22,295 bases of DNA from sequence record NZ_LR134444.1. The stretch is one strand, 5' to 3'. The position numbers and the translations under genes were made by a program. The number at the start of each line of letters is the position of its first letter. Position 1 is the stretch's first letter. The notes below the pieces were generated by a model. That model did no database searches. It was not told the DNA's origin and saw only the letters and a program-made list of their open reading frames with translations. This document shows, piece by piece, positions 1 to 9,318 of the stretch. This DNA comes from a plasmid.

Positions 1-525
1 CTGCGCGCCCGCATCACCGAGGCGCAGCGCGCCGCGGTCGACGCCTTCGACGCCGCCTCCGCGGGCCGCGACACCGGCCTCGCCGTCCCCATGTCGGCCG
101 TCGACACCAGCTCCGTCGGCGCGCTGCGGTTCCACGACGGCGTCGTCACCCTGCCGCCCGAGGTGCGCGAGACCTCCGGCGAGTTCACCATCGACCCCGC
201 CCGCCTCGTCGGCCGGGAGGCGATCGACTGGGACGCGCTCGCCGCCGCCGTCAACGAGGCCGTCGGCACATCCGACGGTGCGACCCTCACCGACGTTCTC
301 GCCGCCATCGACGCGCCCCGCGCAGGCGACGTGGTCGGCGTCTGGTCGCTCGGCGCGCGGTACGGCACCGTCGATGAGGACCGCCTGGTCACCGTCGTCG
401 CGCACACCCAGCGCGGGCCCCGCGAGATGACGGTGCCGCACGTCGCGTTCGCCGCCGCGCTCCCGCCCCTGACCCCCGCCTCGGCCGCGCCCGAGCCCAC
501 CACGCTCTTCGAGCAGGAGGCCTGA
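1..525 (+). CDS. 3' portion (174 codons) of a gene that begins upstream of the window. By position in a tightly coupled three-gene SMC-like module it is the candidate JetA/MksF-like (kleisin-type, DUF3375-class) subunit
   Basis: Frame 1 is open from nt 1 with no stop until TGA 523-525. That stop lies 1 nt before the ATG of the next gene. The assignment rests on operon context with the downstream JetB-like and JetC-like genes, not on a recognised motif. Confidence 0.4.
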   Translation: MRARITEAQRAAVDAFDAASAGRDTGLAVPMSAVDTSSVGALRFHDGVVTLPPEVRETSGEFTIDPARLVGREAIDWDALAAAVNEAVGTSDGATLTDVLAAIDAPRAGDVVGVWSLGARYGTVDEDRLVTVVAHTQRGPREMTVPHVAFAAALPPLTPASAAPEPTTLFEQEA

Positions 526-526
526 C

Positions 527-1324
527 ATGACCGACGAGACGCAGCTCGACGACACGCTGGACGTACCCGCCGACGAGGGCCTGCCAGAGATCGACCTCGC
601 CGACTTCAGCATCGCCGACGACGAGGCCGTGAAGTCGCTCCGCGGCGCCGACACCGCGCCGCGGTTCGACGGCGACACCTCCGCCCTGCCGAACTCGGTC
701 TGCTACGCGCTACAGGAACTGATCGCGGCGCCGCACGTCTCGTCGCGGTCGAAGAACTGGGCGGTGATCGAGGCCGAGGAGACGCTGCTGCGCAGCCGGC
801 TCTCCGAACTGAACCTCCTGCTGGAGATCAACCGCGAGACCAAGCACGCCTTCACCCGCCAGGTCAGCGAGAACGACCCGCGGCAGCGGAATCTGCTGCG
901 CGCGCAGAGCCTCTCGCTCGCCGGGTCGGTGCTGGCGCTGTTCCTGCGCCTCAAGCACCTGTCCAGCCCGGACGAGACCGCGGTCGTGGAGCGGCAGGAG
1001 ATGATCGACCACCTGCTGACCTTCCGACCCGCGCGCGACACCGACGAGGCGGGCTTCGTGAAGAAGGCCGACGCGGCGATCAACCAGCTGGAGACCCGCC
1101 GCCTGATCCGCCGAGTCGGCACCAGCGACCGGTACGCCGTGCACTCGGTGATCGCCTCCCTGCTCACCCCCGAGCAGGTGGACCTGTACACCGCCGCGTA
1201 CCGCGACCTGGCCAGCACCGATCAGGACCTGGGCGAGGCGGCGGCCCCCGTCGACGGAGCAGAAGAGCAGGACGGCGAGGACAGCACCGTCGAACCCGAG
1301 AACGAGACGCAGGAGCAGCAGTGA
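527..1324 (+). CDS. JetB/MksE-like (KITE-type, DUF4194-class) subunit of a Wadjet/MksBEF-like SMC module; 265 aa, acidic C-terminal tail
   Basis: ATG 527 has a GGAGG about 9 nt upstream. The stop TGA 1322-1324 overlaps the GTG start of the large SMC-like gene (GTGA). Size, acidity and position immediately 5' of the JetC-like gene fit MksE/JetB. No catalytic motifs are expected for this family. Confidence 0.5.
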   Translation: MTDETQLDDTLDVPADEGLPEIDLADFSIADDEAVKSLRGADTAPRFDGDTSALPNSVCYALQELIAAPHVSSRSKNWAVIEAEETLLRSRLSELNLLLEINRETKHAFTRQVSENDPRQRNLLRAQSLSLAGSVLALFLRLKHLSSPDETAVVERQEMIDHLLTFRPARDTDEAGFVKKADAAINQLETRRLIRRVGTSDRYAVHSVIASLLTPEQVDLYTAAYRDLASTDQDLGEAAAPVDGAEEQDGEDSTVEPENETQEQQ

Positions 1325-4300
1325 CCCGCAAGCATCTCGGCCAGTACCGCCTGACCCGCCTGCAGGTGGTCAACTGGGGCACGTTCGACGGCTACAAGGA
1401 CTTCCCCATCGACGAGCGGGGCGTGATCCTCACCGGCCCGTCGGGCTCGGGCAAGAGCTCGCTGATGGACGCGCATTCGGTGGTGCTGCTGCCCACGTAC
1501 GACCAGTCCTTCAACGCCTCCGCCGACATGACTGCCAAGGGCGCCAAGCGCGCCGCCCGCTCCATGGCGGACTACGTCCGCGGCGCGTGGTCGGTCAACG
1601 ACGACGAGCACCAGCAGTCCAAGGTGCAGTACCTGCGCGGCGATTCGGCCACGTGGTCGGCGGTCGCGGCGACCTACGACAACGGCGCGGGCAACGTCAC
1701 GACGGCCGTCGCCGTGAAGTGGTTTCCGGGCAGCGGCACCGACGGCGCCTCGCTCAAGTCCTGGTACCAGATCCACTCCGGCGCTTTCGATCTCCTGGAC
1801 CTGCAGGAGTGGGCGACCGCCGGCTTCGACACCCGGGGCTGGCGCGCGCGGCACAGTGGCGTCGAGTCCTTCGACACCCAGGCCGCCTACCAGGACGCGC
1901 TGCGCCGCCGGGTCGGCATCGGCACCTCCAGCGCCGCGCTGGCGCTGCTCGGCAAGGCCAAGGCGATGAAGAACGTCGGCGACCTCGACGCCTTCATCCG
2001 CACCTACATGCTGGACCGGCCGCAGACCTACGCCCGCGCCGAGCGCCTCGTGGAGAACTTCACCCAGCTCGACGAGGCCTACCGGGCCGCGGCCCGCGCC
2101 GAGGCGCAGGAGAAGGTGCTGCGGCCGATGCCGGAGGCCTACGAGACGTACCGCTCCGCCACCGTCGGCACGACCCGCGCCGCCGACCTGCTCGGCGCGC
2201 CCGTGCGGTCCTACCTGCGCGGGCACAAGCTGCGGCTGCTGCAGGAGCAGATGGACCGGATCGAGGGCGAGCGCGCCGGCATGGACGCGCAGATCGCCCG
2301 CTGGGAGGACAGGGCCGAGGAGCGCAAGATGCGCTACAACGACCTGCTGCACCGGCTCCGGCAGGAACAGGGCGAGGTCGGGGTGCTCGAGGCCGAGCTG
2401 CAGTCGCGCGAGCTGCAGACCCAAGCCCGCCAACGCGCGTACGAGCGGTTCGCCGCCGCCGTGGAGAAGCTGGGCGAGCGCGCGCCGGAGTCGGCGGAGG
2501 AGTTCGCCGCGCTGCGCGAGCAGGTCCCCGGCATCCGCGACCGCGCCACCGAGGCCGCCGAGGCCCTCGCCGGGCGCGTGCATTCCGCCTACACGGACGA
2601 GTCGGACGCGCGGCGCGCCGTCGAATCCGTCGACGACGAGCTGTCCGTGCTCGACCGCCGCGCCTCGCTGCTGCCGCCCGCCCTGCTCGACCAGCGCGAC
2701 GTGATCGCCCGCGCCACCGGCGTTCCCGCCGAGGACCTGCCGTACGCGGCGGAGCTGATCGACGTCGAGCCCGACGAGCAGGCGACGTGGGCCGGCGCCG
2801 CCGAGCGCGTGCTGCGGCCGCTGGCCACGACGCTGCTCGTGCCCGCCGAGCACCAGCGCGCGGTCGCCGACTACGTCAACGCGAACCGGGTGCACGGCGT
2901 GCTCACCTACCAGGTGGTCGACGGTGCCGACCCCACGCGCCCGGAACCCGGCTCCCTGGCCACCAAGCTGACCGTGGACACCGCGAGCGCGGCCGGACGG
3001 TGGCTGGCCGGCGCGGTCGCGCGCGCCGCACGGCACACGTGCGTGGACTCCCCGACGAGCTGGAGAAGCACGAGCAGGCCGTCACCGCCGAGGGCCTCGT
3101 CAAGAACGCGGGCGGCCGGTTCCGCAAGGACGACCGCCGCGCCGTCGCCGACCGCTCGCAGTGGGTGCTCGGCACCAACACCGGCAGCAAGCGCGAGGCG
3201 CTGCAGCGCCGCCGTGACGAGCTGGCCGCCGTCCACGCCAAGGCCGCCGAGGCGTCGGCGACCCTGCGCGACGACCTCGCCGAGCACAAGGCCGTCGCCG
3301 ACAGCGCGGCCGGTGTGCTCGGGTACACGTCGTGGGCCGAGCTCGACCACTGGGCGGCGAAGGCCGAGGCCGAGGAGCTGGCCGACCGGATCTCCGACGC
3401 CCGCTCCGGCAACGCCGACCTCGGGGAGCTGGAGCTGCAGGCCGACAACGCCTACGGCGAGCTGGCCGAGGCGCAGACCCGCATCGGCGCGCTGACCGAG
3501 ACCATGAACCGCGCCGGCACGGAGTTCGACGACCTGCTGGCCGAGTTCGAGAAGATCGACGCCGAGAGCGCGCCGAAGCTCGCGGAGCCCGACGAGGACT
3601 TCCTCGCCACCGCGCTGTGGCACCTGCTCACGGCCGACGAGGCGAAGCCGCGCCGGCTCACCCTCGACACCTTCGGCGAGGTCCGCGCCGACCTCCGCGC
3701 CGAGTTGGAGCGCCAGCAGGCGGCGGCCACCGCCGAACGGGACGCCGCCGAGGCCCGGATCGTCCGCACCGCGGAGCAGTTCCTGCGCGAGTGGCCGGAC
3801 GCCTCGACCGAGCTGTCCGCCGATGTGGCGTCCGCCCCGGACTTCGTGGCCGTGCACGAGAACCTCGTCGCGCACGGGCTCGCGGCGGCCACGGAGAAGT
3901 TCCGGCGGCTCATCACGACCGACGTCAGCCACTCGGTGTCGAACCTGTTCAAGGAGGTCGACGACACGCACCGGGCCATCACCCGCGGCATCGCCGACGT
4001 CAACGCGGGCCTGCGCCGGGTGGAGTTCAACGAGGGCACCTACCTGCAGATCGCCTACGCCGCCCGCCCGACGCCGGAGGCCACGGAGTTCGCGAAACTC
4101 GTCGACGACATGGTCCGCGACGCCCCCGCCGCGAAGCGGGCGGAGCCGGCGGCGATGGCCGCGCAATTCAAGCGGATCCGAGGCCTGGTGCTGCGCCTGA
4201 CCGGCGACGACCCCGAGTCGCGCCGGTGGACGGAGAACGTCCTCGACGTCCGCACGGGCTACTCCTTCTACGGCAAGGAGAACGCCGCCGGCGCTGAGCC

Positions 4301-4682
4301 GGACGCCCCCGCGGTGGTCACCTACCGCAACACCGCCACCAACTCCGGCGGCGAGCAGGAGAAGCTGGTCGCCTTCTGCCTCGCGGCGGCGCTGAGCTTC
4401 GCGCTCGGCTCACACGGGATCGACGGATCGAACGAGCCCGCCTTCGCGCCGCTCATGCTCGACGAGGCCTTCAGCAAGTCGGATGAGCGCTTCTCGGCGC
4501 AGTCGCTGCGGGCCTTCGAGCAGTTCGGCTTCCAGCTGCTCATCGCCGCCCCGATCCGCATGGTCGGCATCGTCGAGCCGTTCATCGGGCAGGTCATCCT
4601 CGTCGACAAGCAGGTCACGCCCGACGGTGCCCGCTCGGACGCCCGGTACGCGACGTTCGGCGAGCTCACCCCGTCGCGCTGA
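1321..4682 (+). pseudogene. JetC/MksB-like SMC-family ATPase (SbcC/MukB-like), about 1120 codons, interrupted by an apparent 1-nt frameshift near nt 3050 (C4 run 3050-3053)
   Basis: The N-terminus LTRLQVVNWGTFDGY...GPSGSGKSSLMDA (Walker A) reads in frame 1 (ORF 1321..3495). The C-terminus NSGGEQEKLVAF (signature-like), LMLDEAFSKSDE (Walker B/D-loop) and stop 4680-4682 read in frame 3 (ORF 1587..4682). The middle is a long Ala/Glu/Arg-rich coiled coil. The frame 1 translation is sensible up to ...AARHTCVDSP and low-complexity afterwards. The frame 3 translation is sensible only from PDELEKHEQAVTAEGLVKNAGG onwards. One extra base in tccccgacgag (giving tcc ccg gac gag) would produce a continuous protein. 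Confidence 0.7.
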
Positions 4683-4700
4683 TCCGGCCCCGGCCGTGCG

Positions 4701-5654
4701 TCAGTCGGCTGCGCCGGCGCGGTGTGCGCGCGGCGTGCGGCCGAACCGCCGGCTGAACGCCGTGCTGAAGGCGCTCGCGGAGCCGTAGCCGACGGAGTCG
4801 GCGATGAAGGAGATCCCGCGTGCGGCCCAGCGCGGATCGGTGAGCCGGTCCCGGGCGAGGTCGAGGCGCTCGCCGCGCACGGCGTCGGAGAAGGTCTCGC
4901 CCGTGCGGGAGAGCACCGCCTGGATGTGCCGGGCCGACCAGCCGACGGCCGCCGCGACCCCGGCCAGGCTGAGATCCGGCTCGGTGGCGTGCGCGCGCAC
5001 GTGGCGGAGCACCGCGGCCCGGACGTCGTCGTCGGCGGTGCCGGCACCGTCGGCCTCACCGCTCGCCGCGAGGCAGAACAGGTCCACGGCCCGGTCGCAG
5101 GCGGCGTCGAACTCGGCGGCGGTGAGCTGCTCCCGCTCATCGATCAGCGCCGCCGCCAGGTCGCGCGTGACGCGGCCCAAGCCGCGGCCGCCGCGCAGCC
5201 GTACCCCCTCCTTGGCGACCGAACCGAGCGTCCGGGAGACCCGGTGCTCGGGGATGAGCAGGGCGAGCGCCGAGGCGTCGTCGTCGTGCGCGAGCACGAA
5301 GGGCGAGTCGATGGAGACGAGCACCATCTCCCCCGGCAGCAGGGCGCCCTCCGTGACGTCGCCGCCGACGTGCAGCGCACCCTTCAGGGGCATGAACAGC
5401 TCGTAGTGGCCGCGCGGGTCGTTGCGGATGCCGCGGGCGTCGCGCCGCACGTGCTCGCGCTGGCTGGTCCAGGAGACGAGCTGGTACTCCTCGGTGCGTT
5501 GGCGCAGCACGTCGCCGCGGTAGCCGTCGCCGTCGAAGGAGATGTCGAACTCGCCGTGGACGCCGCTGCACCAGTCGCGCCACGCGCCGTGCGCGCGGGA
5601 GCCGGTCAGGCGCCGCTCGGCCCCGGTGACCAGGCCGTCGATGGTGTACGGCAC
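4701..5654 (-). CDS. AraC-family transcriptional regulator: N-terminal cupin-like AraC-binding domain and C-terminal HTH
   Basis: The C-terminal HTH region reads ...LSLAGVAAAVGWSARHIQAVL...FIADSVGYGSASAFSTAFSRRFGRTP. I prefer GTG (complement of 5652-5654) as the start over the long ORF's upstream Met, because GGAGGAG lies 6 nt upstream on the minus strand. Stop is TGA (complement of 4701-4703). The gene is convergent with jetC and divergent from the cyclase gene. Confidence 0.8.
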   Translation of the reverse strand: MPYTIDGLVTGAERRLTGSRAHGAWRDWCSGVHGEFDISFDGDGYRGDVLRQRTEEYQLVSWTSQREHVRRDARGIRNDPRGHYELFMPLKGALHVGGDVTEGALLPGEMVLVSIDSPFVLAHDDDASALALLIPEHRVSRTLGSVAKEGVRLRGGRGLGRVTRDLAAALIDEREQLTAAEFDAACDRAVDLFCLAASGEADGAGTADDDVRAAVLRHVRAHATEPDLSLAGVAAAVGWSARHIQAVLSRTGETFSDAVRGERLDLARDRLTDPRWAARGISFIADSVGYGSASAFSTAFSRRFGRTPRAHRAGAAD

Positions 5655-5749
5655 GCCCTGCTCCTCCCCTCCCGCGGCGCGTGCGCCTGCGCGAAAGAAC
5701 CGTGCGCGCGGGCGAACCTCCCGCCGTCGCGCGCTTCCTACCTTCGATT

Positions 5750-5782
5750 GTGACACGCGTCACCGCCGGGTGGGCCCGGCGG
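5750..5782. promoter_or_regulatory. Candidate regulatory elements in the araC/cyclase divergent region: the inverted repeat GTGAC-acgc-GTCAC (5750-5763), then a GC-rich hairpin CCGCCGGG-tggg-CCCGGCGG (5763-5782) in the likely 5' leader of the cyclase gene
   Basis: Both symmetries were read directly from the sequence. They lie 20-50 nt upstream of the cyclase ATG (5802) and about 100 nt upstream of the araC start. Confidence 0.3.
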
Positions 5783-5801
5783 ACCATCCGTAGGAGGACC
5801 G

Positions 5802-6767
5802 ATGACCGAACAGACCGTGACCGCGCCCGACCTCGGCGACCTGCTCGCCCAGGCACCGTCCAACTGGGGCAAGTGGGGCCCCGACGACGAGGTGGGCTCG
5901 CTCAACTACCTCGGCCCGGAGCAGGCGATCGCCGCCGCGGCGCTGGTCCGCAGCGGCAAGGTCTTCACCCTGCAGCGGCTCATCGGCGACCCGAAGGGCG
6001 ACCCCGTCTGGCCCGGCCGCAGCCCCGCGGTCCGCACGCAGATCATGGACGAGGCCAGCTGGGACGGCGCGGAGGCGCCGCAGTTCCCCGGCGGCCTGCA
6101 CTACGCCGACGACAAGATCGACGCCTTCCTGCAGGGCTCCACACAGTACGACGCCCTGGGCCACGTCTGGTACGACGGCAAACTGTGGAACGGCTACGAC
6201 GCCCGCACCACCGTCGGCGGCATGGACGTCGCCAGTGTCGAGCCGATCGCGCAACGCGGCGTCGTGGGCCGCGGCGTGCTGCTCGACATGGCGCGCTTCC
6301 GCGGCAAGGAGCACCTCGACACCGCGGAGACCTTCGACCACACCGACCTCGAGGCGTGCGCCGCCGCGCAGGGTGTGGAGCTGCGCCCGCGCGACGTGCT
6401 GCTCATCCGCACCAACTACCTGCAGCTCTTCTTCGAGCTCGGCGACGCGTTCTACGAGGGCTTCTGCGAGCCCGGTCTCCAGTACAGCCCGGAGCTGGTG
6501 CAGTGGTTCGCCGACCGGGAGATCCCGAACCTGGTGACCGACACCATCGCCAACGAGGTCACCACCGACCAGAACAACGGCGTCGCGCTCACCCTGCACT
6601 GCGCGTTGATGCGCAACCTGGGCGTCGTCTTCACCGAGATCACCGACCTCGAGGCCCTGGCCGCGGACTGCGCCGCCGACGGCGTCTACGAGTTCATGTA
6701 CACCGCCGCCCCGCTGAAGATCGCCCAGGGCAGCGGCGCGCCCGTCAACCCGGTCGTGGTGAAGTGA
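5802..6767 (+). CDS. Cyclase-family protein (PF04199-type, kynurenine formamidase-like hydrolase/cyclase fold)
   Basis: ATG 5802 has GGAGG 4 nt upstream. The N-terminal NWGKWGPDDEVGSLNYLGPEQAIAAAALVRSGKVFTL and the later TQYDALGHVWYDGKLWNGY match what I recall of the conserved blocks of this family. Stop TGA 6765-6767 overlaps the next gene's GTG. Confidence 0.75.
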   Translation: MTEQTVTAPDLGDLLAQAPSNWGKWGPDDEVGSLNYLGPEQAIAAAALVRSGKVFTLQRLIGDPKGDPVWPGRSPAVRTQIMDEASWDGAEAPQFPGGLHYADDKIDAFLQGSTQYDALGHVWYDGKLWNGYDARTTVGGMDVASVEPIAQRGVVGRGVLLDMARFRGKEHLDTAETFDHTDLEACAAAQGVELRPRDVLLIRTNYLQLFFELGDAFYEGFCEPGLQYSPELVQWFADREIPNLVTDTIANEVTTDQNNGVALTLHCALMRNLGVVFTEITDLEALAADCAADGVYEFMYTAAPLKIAQGSGAPVNPVVVK

Positions 6768-8428
6768 CCGCGGTTCCGGGAGCCGCGCAGCGGCCGTGGG
6801 CCGGCCGGTACGAGACGCTGCCCGCCGAGGTGGACATCGCCTTCGACAGCGCCCTCGCCATGTTCCGCGCGGGCGTGGCGAGCCACCCCGACCAGGCGGC
6901 GATCCGCTACTTCGACGGGGCGATCACCCGCCGCGAGCTGGACGAGCTCACGGACGCTTTGGCCGCCGGCCTGCTCGCCGAGGGCTTCGCACCCGGGGAC
7001 CGCCTGGCGCTCTACCTGCAGAACGTCCCGCAGTTCGTGATCGGCATGATCGCCGCCTGGAAGGCCGGCGGCTGCACCGTCTCGATCAACCCGATGAGCC
7101 GCGCCCGGGAGCTCGAGAACCTGCTCCTCGACTCGGGCGCGACCGCGCTGATCGCGCTCGACGACCTGTACGAGGAGATCGCGCGCGAGGTGGTCCCGGC
7201 CACCGCTGTCCGCACGGTCTTCACCACGAGCGGGCTCGACCTGCAGAGCCGCGCCGACCCGCGGCTGTTCCCCGCTCCCCGTCGCGCGACGCCCGACGGC
7301 GCGACGGACCTGCTGGAGTTCATCGCGGCGCACCGCGGCGAGGTCCCACCGCCGGTCGCTCCCGCGCCGGGCGACACCGCCTTCCTCACCTACACCTCGG
7401 GCACCACGGGCAAGCCGAAGGGCGCGATCAACACCCACCGCAACGTGGTCTTCACCGCGACGGTCTACCGGGACGCGGCGAAGTTCGCGCCCGGCCCCGA
7501 CGCGGCGGTGCTCGCGATCGCGCCCCTGTTCCACATCACCGGCCTCATCGGGCACATCGCGCTGAGCATGCTCGCCCCGATGCCGATGATCCTGGCCTAC
7601 CGCTTCGATCCCGCGGTGATGCTGGAGACGATGCGTGAGCACCGCCCCACCTGCACGATCGGCGCGGTGACCGCGTTCAACGCGCTCCTCAACCACGCGG
7701 ACTACGACCGGGACGCGCTCGCCTCCCTGACGTCCGTGTACTCGGGCGGCGCGCCGATCTCCCCGACGGCCGCGCGACGCTTCGCCGAGGCGACCGGCCG
7801 GCCCCTGCACAACGCCTACGGGCTCACCGAGACCACGAGCCCCATGACGGTCTCGCCGTACGGCGTGGAGATCCCCGTCGATCCGGACTCCGGGGCGCTG
7901 TCGGTGGGGCTGCCGGCACCGTCGACGGTGGTGCGGATCGTCGGGGACGACGGTGCGGACCTCCCGCTCGGGGAGATCGGCGAGATCGTCGCCGAGGGGC
8001 CCCAGGTGGTCGCCGGCTACTGGAACAAGCCCGAGGAGACCGCGGCCGGGATCCCCGGGGGCGCGCTGCACAGCGGCGACGTGGGCTTCATGGACGATCG
8101 CGGCTGGGTGTTCATCGTCGACCGCAAGAAGGACATGATCAACGCCTCGGGCTACAAGGTGTGGCCGCGCGAGGTCGAGGACGTGCTCGCCGAGCACCCC
8201 GCGGTCCGGGAGGCGGCCGTCGTCGGCGTGCCGGACGAGGTGCGGGGCGAGACGGTGCGCGCCTTCGTCAGCCTGATGCCGGGCGCCGACGCCTCCCCGG
8301 AGGACCTGATCGCGCACTGCCGCGAGCGCATGGCCGCCTACAAGTACCCCCGCGACGTCCGGATCGTGGAGGAGCTTCCGAAGACGGTGACCGGGAAGAT
8401 CCTGCGCCGCGAGCTGCGCGACGCCTGA
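6764..8428 (+). CDS. AMP-dependent synthetase/ligase (acyl-CoA synthetase, FadD-like)
   Basis: AMP-binding motif TYTSGTTGKPKGA, followed by YGLTETT and a C-terminal ...LPKTVTGKILRRELR. GTG 6764 overlaps the cyclase stop (GTGA). Stop is TGA 8426-8428. Confidence 0.85.
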   Translation: MTAVPGAAQRPWAGRYETLPAEVDIAFDSALAMFRAGVASHPDQAAIRYFDGAITRRELDELTDALAAGLLAEGFAPGDRLALYLQNVPQFVIGMIAAWKAGGCTVSINPMSRARELENLLLDSGATALIALDDLYEEIAREVVPATAVRTVFTTSGLDLQSRADPRLFPAPRRATPDGATDLLEFIAAHRGEVPPPVAPAPGDTAFLTYTSGTTGKPKGAINTHRNVVFTATVYRDAAKFAPGPDAAVLAIAPLFHITGLIGHIALSMLAPMPMILAYRFDPAVMLETMREHRPTCTIGAVTAFNALLNHADYDRDALASLTSVYSGGAPISPTAARRFAEATGRPLHNAYGLTETTSPMTVSPYGVEIPVDPDSGALSVGLPAPSTVVRIVGDDGADLPLGEIGEIVAEGPQVVAGYWNKPEETAAGIPGGALHSGDVGFMDDRGWVFIVDRKKDMINASGYKVWPREVEDVLAEHPAVREAAVVGVPDEVRGETVRAFVSLMPGADASPEDLIAHCRERMAAYKYPRDVRIVEELPKTVTGKILRRELRDA

Positions 8429-8436
8429 TCCCGCGC

Positions 8437-8459
8437 GGTCCGCCGCCCGGCGGCGGACC
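8437..8459 (+). terminator. GC-rich hairpin GGTCCGCCGCC-c-GGCGGCGGACC, 9 nt after the ligase stop; candidate intrinsic terminator with no U-tract
   Basis: Perfect inverted repeat read directly from the sequence (8437-8447 pairs with 8449-8459). Confidence 0.45.
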
Positions 8460-8488
8460 GGCGGCGGGCCCGGGGGCCGCGGAACTGC

Positions 8489-8501
8489 TATACAGAGCGC
8501 A
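8489..8501 (+). promoter_or_regulatory. Candidate -10 element TATACA (8489-8494) exactly 6 nt upstream of the PIG-L ATG; suggests a leaderless transcript
   Basis: A TANNNT hexamer 6 nt before ATG 8501 with no Shine-Dalgarno between them. Leaderless mRNAs of this layout are common in actinobacteria. Confidence 0.3.
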
Positions 8502-9277
8502 TGGCCTCGGTCGTCGCGCTCAACGCCCACCCGGACGACGAGACGCTGCTCGCGGGCGGCACGCTCGCGCGGTTCGCGACGGAGGGGCACCGCGTCGTGA
8601 TCGTCGTCGCCACCGACGGGATGATGCGCGGCGACGACGAACCCGAGCCGCGCCTGCGGCTCGACGAATTGTCCGCGGCCGCGGCGGAACTGGGCGTCCA
8701 CGAGGTGCGCTGGCTGGGTTACGCCGACAGCGGGCACGGTGGGGAGCTGTACCCGGACCCGCCGGGCCGGGTACGGCTCGTGCGTGCCGGGATCGAGGAG
8801 CCCGCCGAGCGGCTCGCGGCGATCCTGCACGAGGTCTCCGCCGACCTCCTGCTCGGCTCCGACGAGGCCGGCGGCTACCGGCACCGCGACCACCTCGCCG
8901 TGCACGACATCGCTCGCCGCGCCGCCGAGCTGACAGGCGTCCGGCTCGCGGAGGCCACGGCGCCGCGCGAAGCGATCCTGCGGATCCTCGCGATCGCCGT
9001 CCACCTGCGGTTCCTGCGGCCCGGGCACCTCGAGCAGGCACGCACCTGGTTCACGCCCGCGGCCGAGATCACGCACCGTGTCGACGTGCGCAGGCACGTC
9101 GCGGCCAAGCAGCGCGCGCTCGCGGCCCACCGCTCCGAGATCGCGAAAGCCGGGACCGTCGCGCGAATCCTCCGCCTGGTGCTCCGCGTCCCCGCGTGGT
9201 TGCTCGCGCCGCTGGTCGGCACCGAGTACTACCTGGAACCGGCGGGCGCCACGTCGCCGGCGGACCGCCTCCTGTGA
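8501..9277 (+). CDS. PIG-L/LmbE-family N-acetylglucosaminyl deacetylase-like hydrolase
   Basis: N-terminal LNAHPDDETLLAGGTLARF (the AHPDDE zinc-binding signature), HRVVIVVATDG, and later GYRHRDHLAVHD. Stop TGA 9275-9277. Confidence 0.85.
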   Translation: MASVVALNAHPDDETLLAGGTLARFATEGHRVVIVVATDGMMRGDDEPEPRLRLDELSAAAAELGVHEVRWLGYADSGHGGELYPDPPGRVRLVRAGIEEPAERLAAILHEVSADLLLGSDEAGGYRHRDHLAVHDIARRAAELTGVRLAEATAPREAILRILAIAVHLRFLRPGHLEQARTWFTPAAEITHRVDVRRHVAAKQRALAAHRSEIAKAGTVARILRLVLRVPAWLLAPLVGTEYYLEPAGATSPADRLL

Positions 9278-9282
9278 CCGTG

Positions 9283-9318
9283 TAGATCAAGTGATCTATA
9301 GTTAGATCATGCGATCTA
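9283..9318. promoter_or_regulatory. Two 16-bp palindromic operator-like sites, TAGATCaagtGATCTA (9283-9298) and TAGATCatgcGATCTA (9303-9318), with centres 20 bp apart; a -10-like TATAGT (9297-9302) sits between them 6 nt upstream of the TetR ATG
   Basis: Perfect dyad symmetry read directly. The second site contains the TetR start codon (ATG 9309). There is no Shine-Dalgarno, so the transcript is probably leaderless. Confidence 0.6.

Noticed and set aside
1222-3036. 604-aa minus-strand ORF antisense to jetC, and similar long antisense or out-of-frame ORFs (for example 2907..4166 -, 6686..9130 -, 9835..11181 -, 11215..12603 -, 13978..16827 +, 19092..20393 +)
   Set aside because: Their Arg/Gly/Ala/Pro-dominated low-complexity translations are typical of open alternative frames in >70% GC DNA. 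Each lies opposite or out of frame to a gene with clear family motifs.
3046-3056. Programmed -1 ribosomal frameshift in jetC
   Set aside because: No X XXY YYZ slippery heptamer and no obvious downstream pseudoknot. A C4 homopolymer indel (mutation or sequencing error) is more parsimonious.
4683-4700. Terminator between convergent jetC and araC
   Set aside because: Only 18 bp (CCGGCCCCGGCCGTGCG) with no convincing stem-loop. Termination signals must overlap the coding ends or be absent.
5681-8428. 915-aa ORF suggesting one giant gene
   Set aside because: Only the part from GTG 6764 onward has sensible acyl-CoA-synthetase sequence. The upstream part overlaps the cyclase gene in another frame and is Arg/Pro low-complexity.
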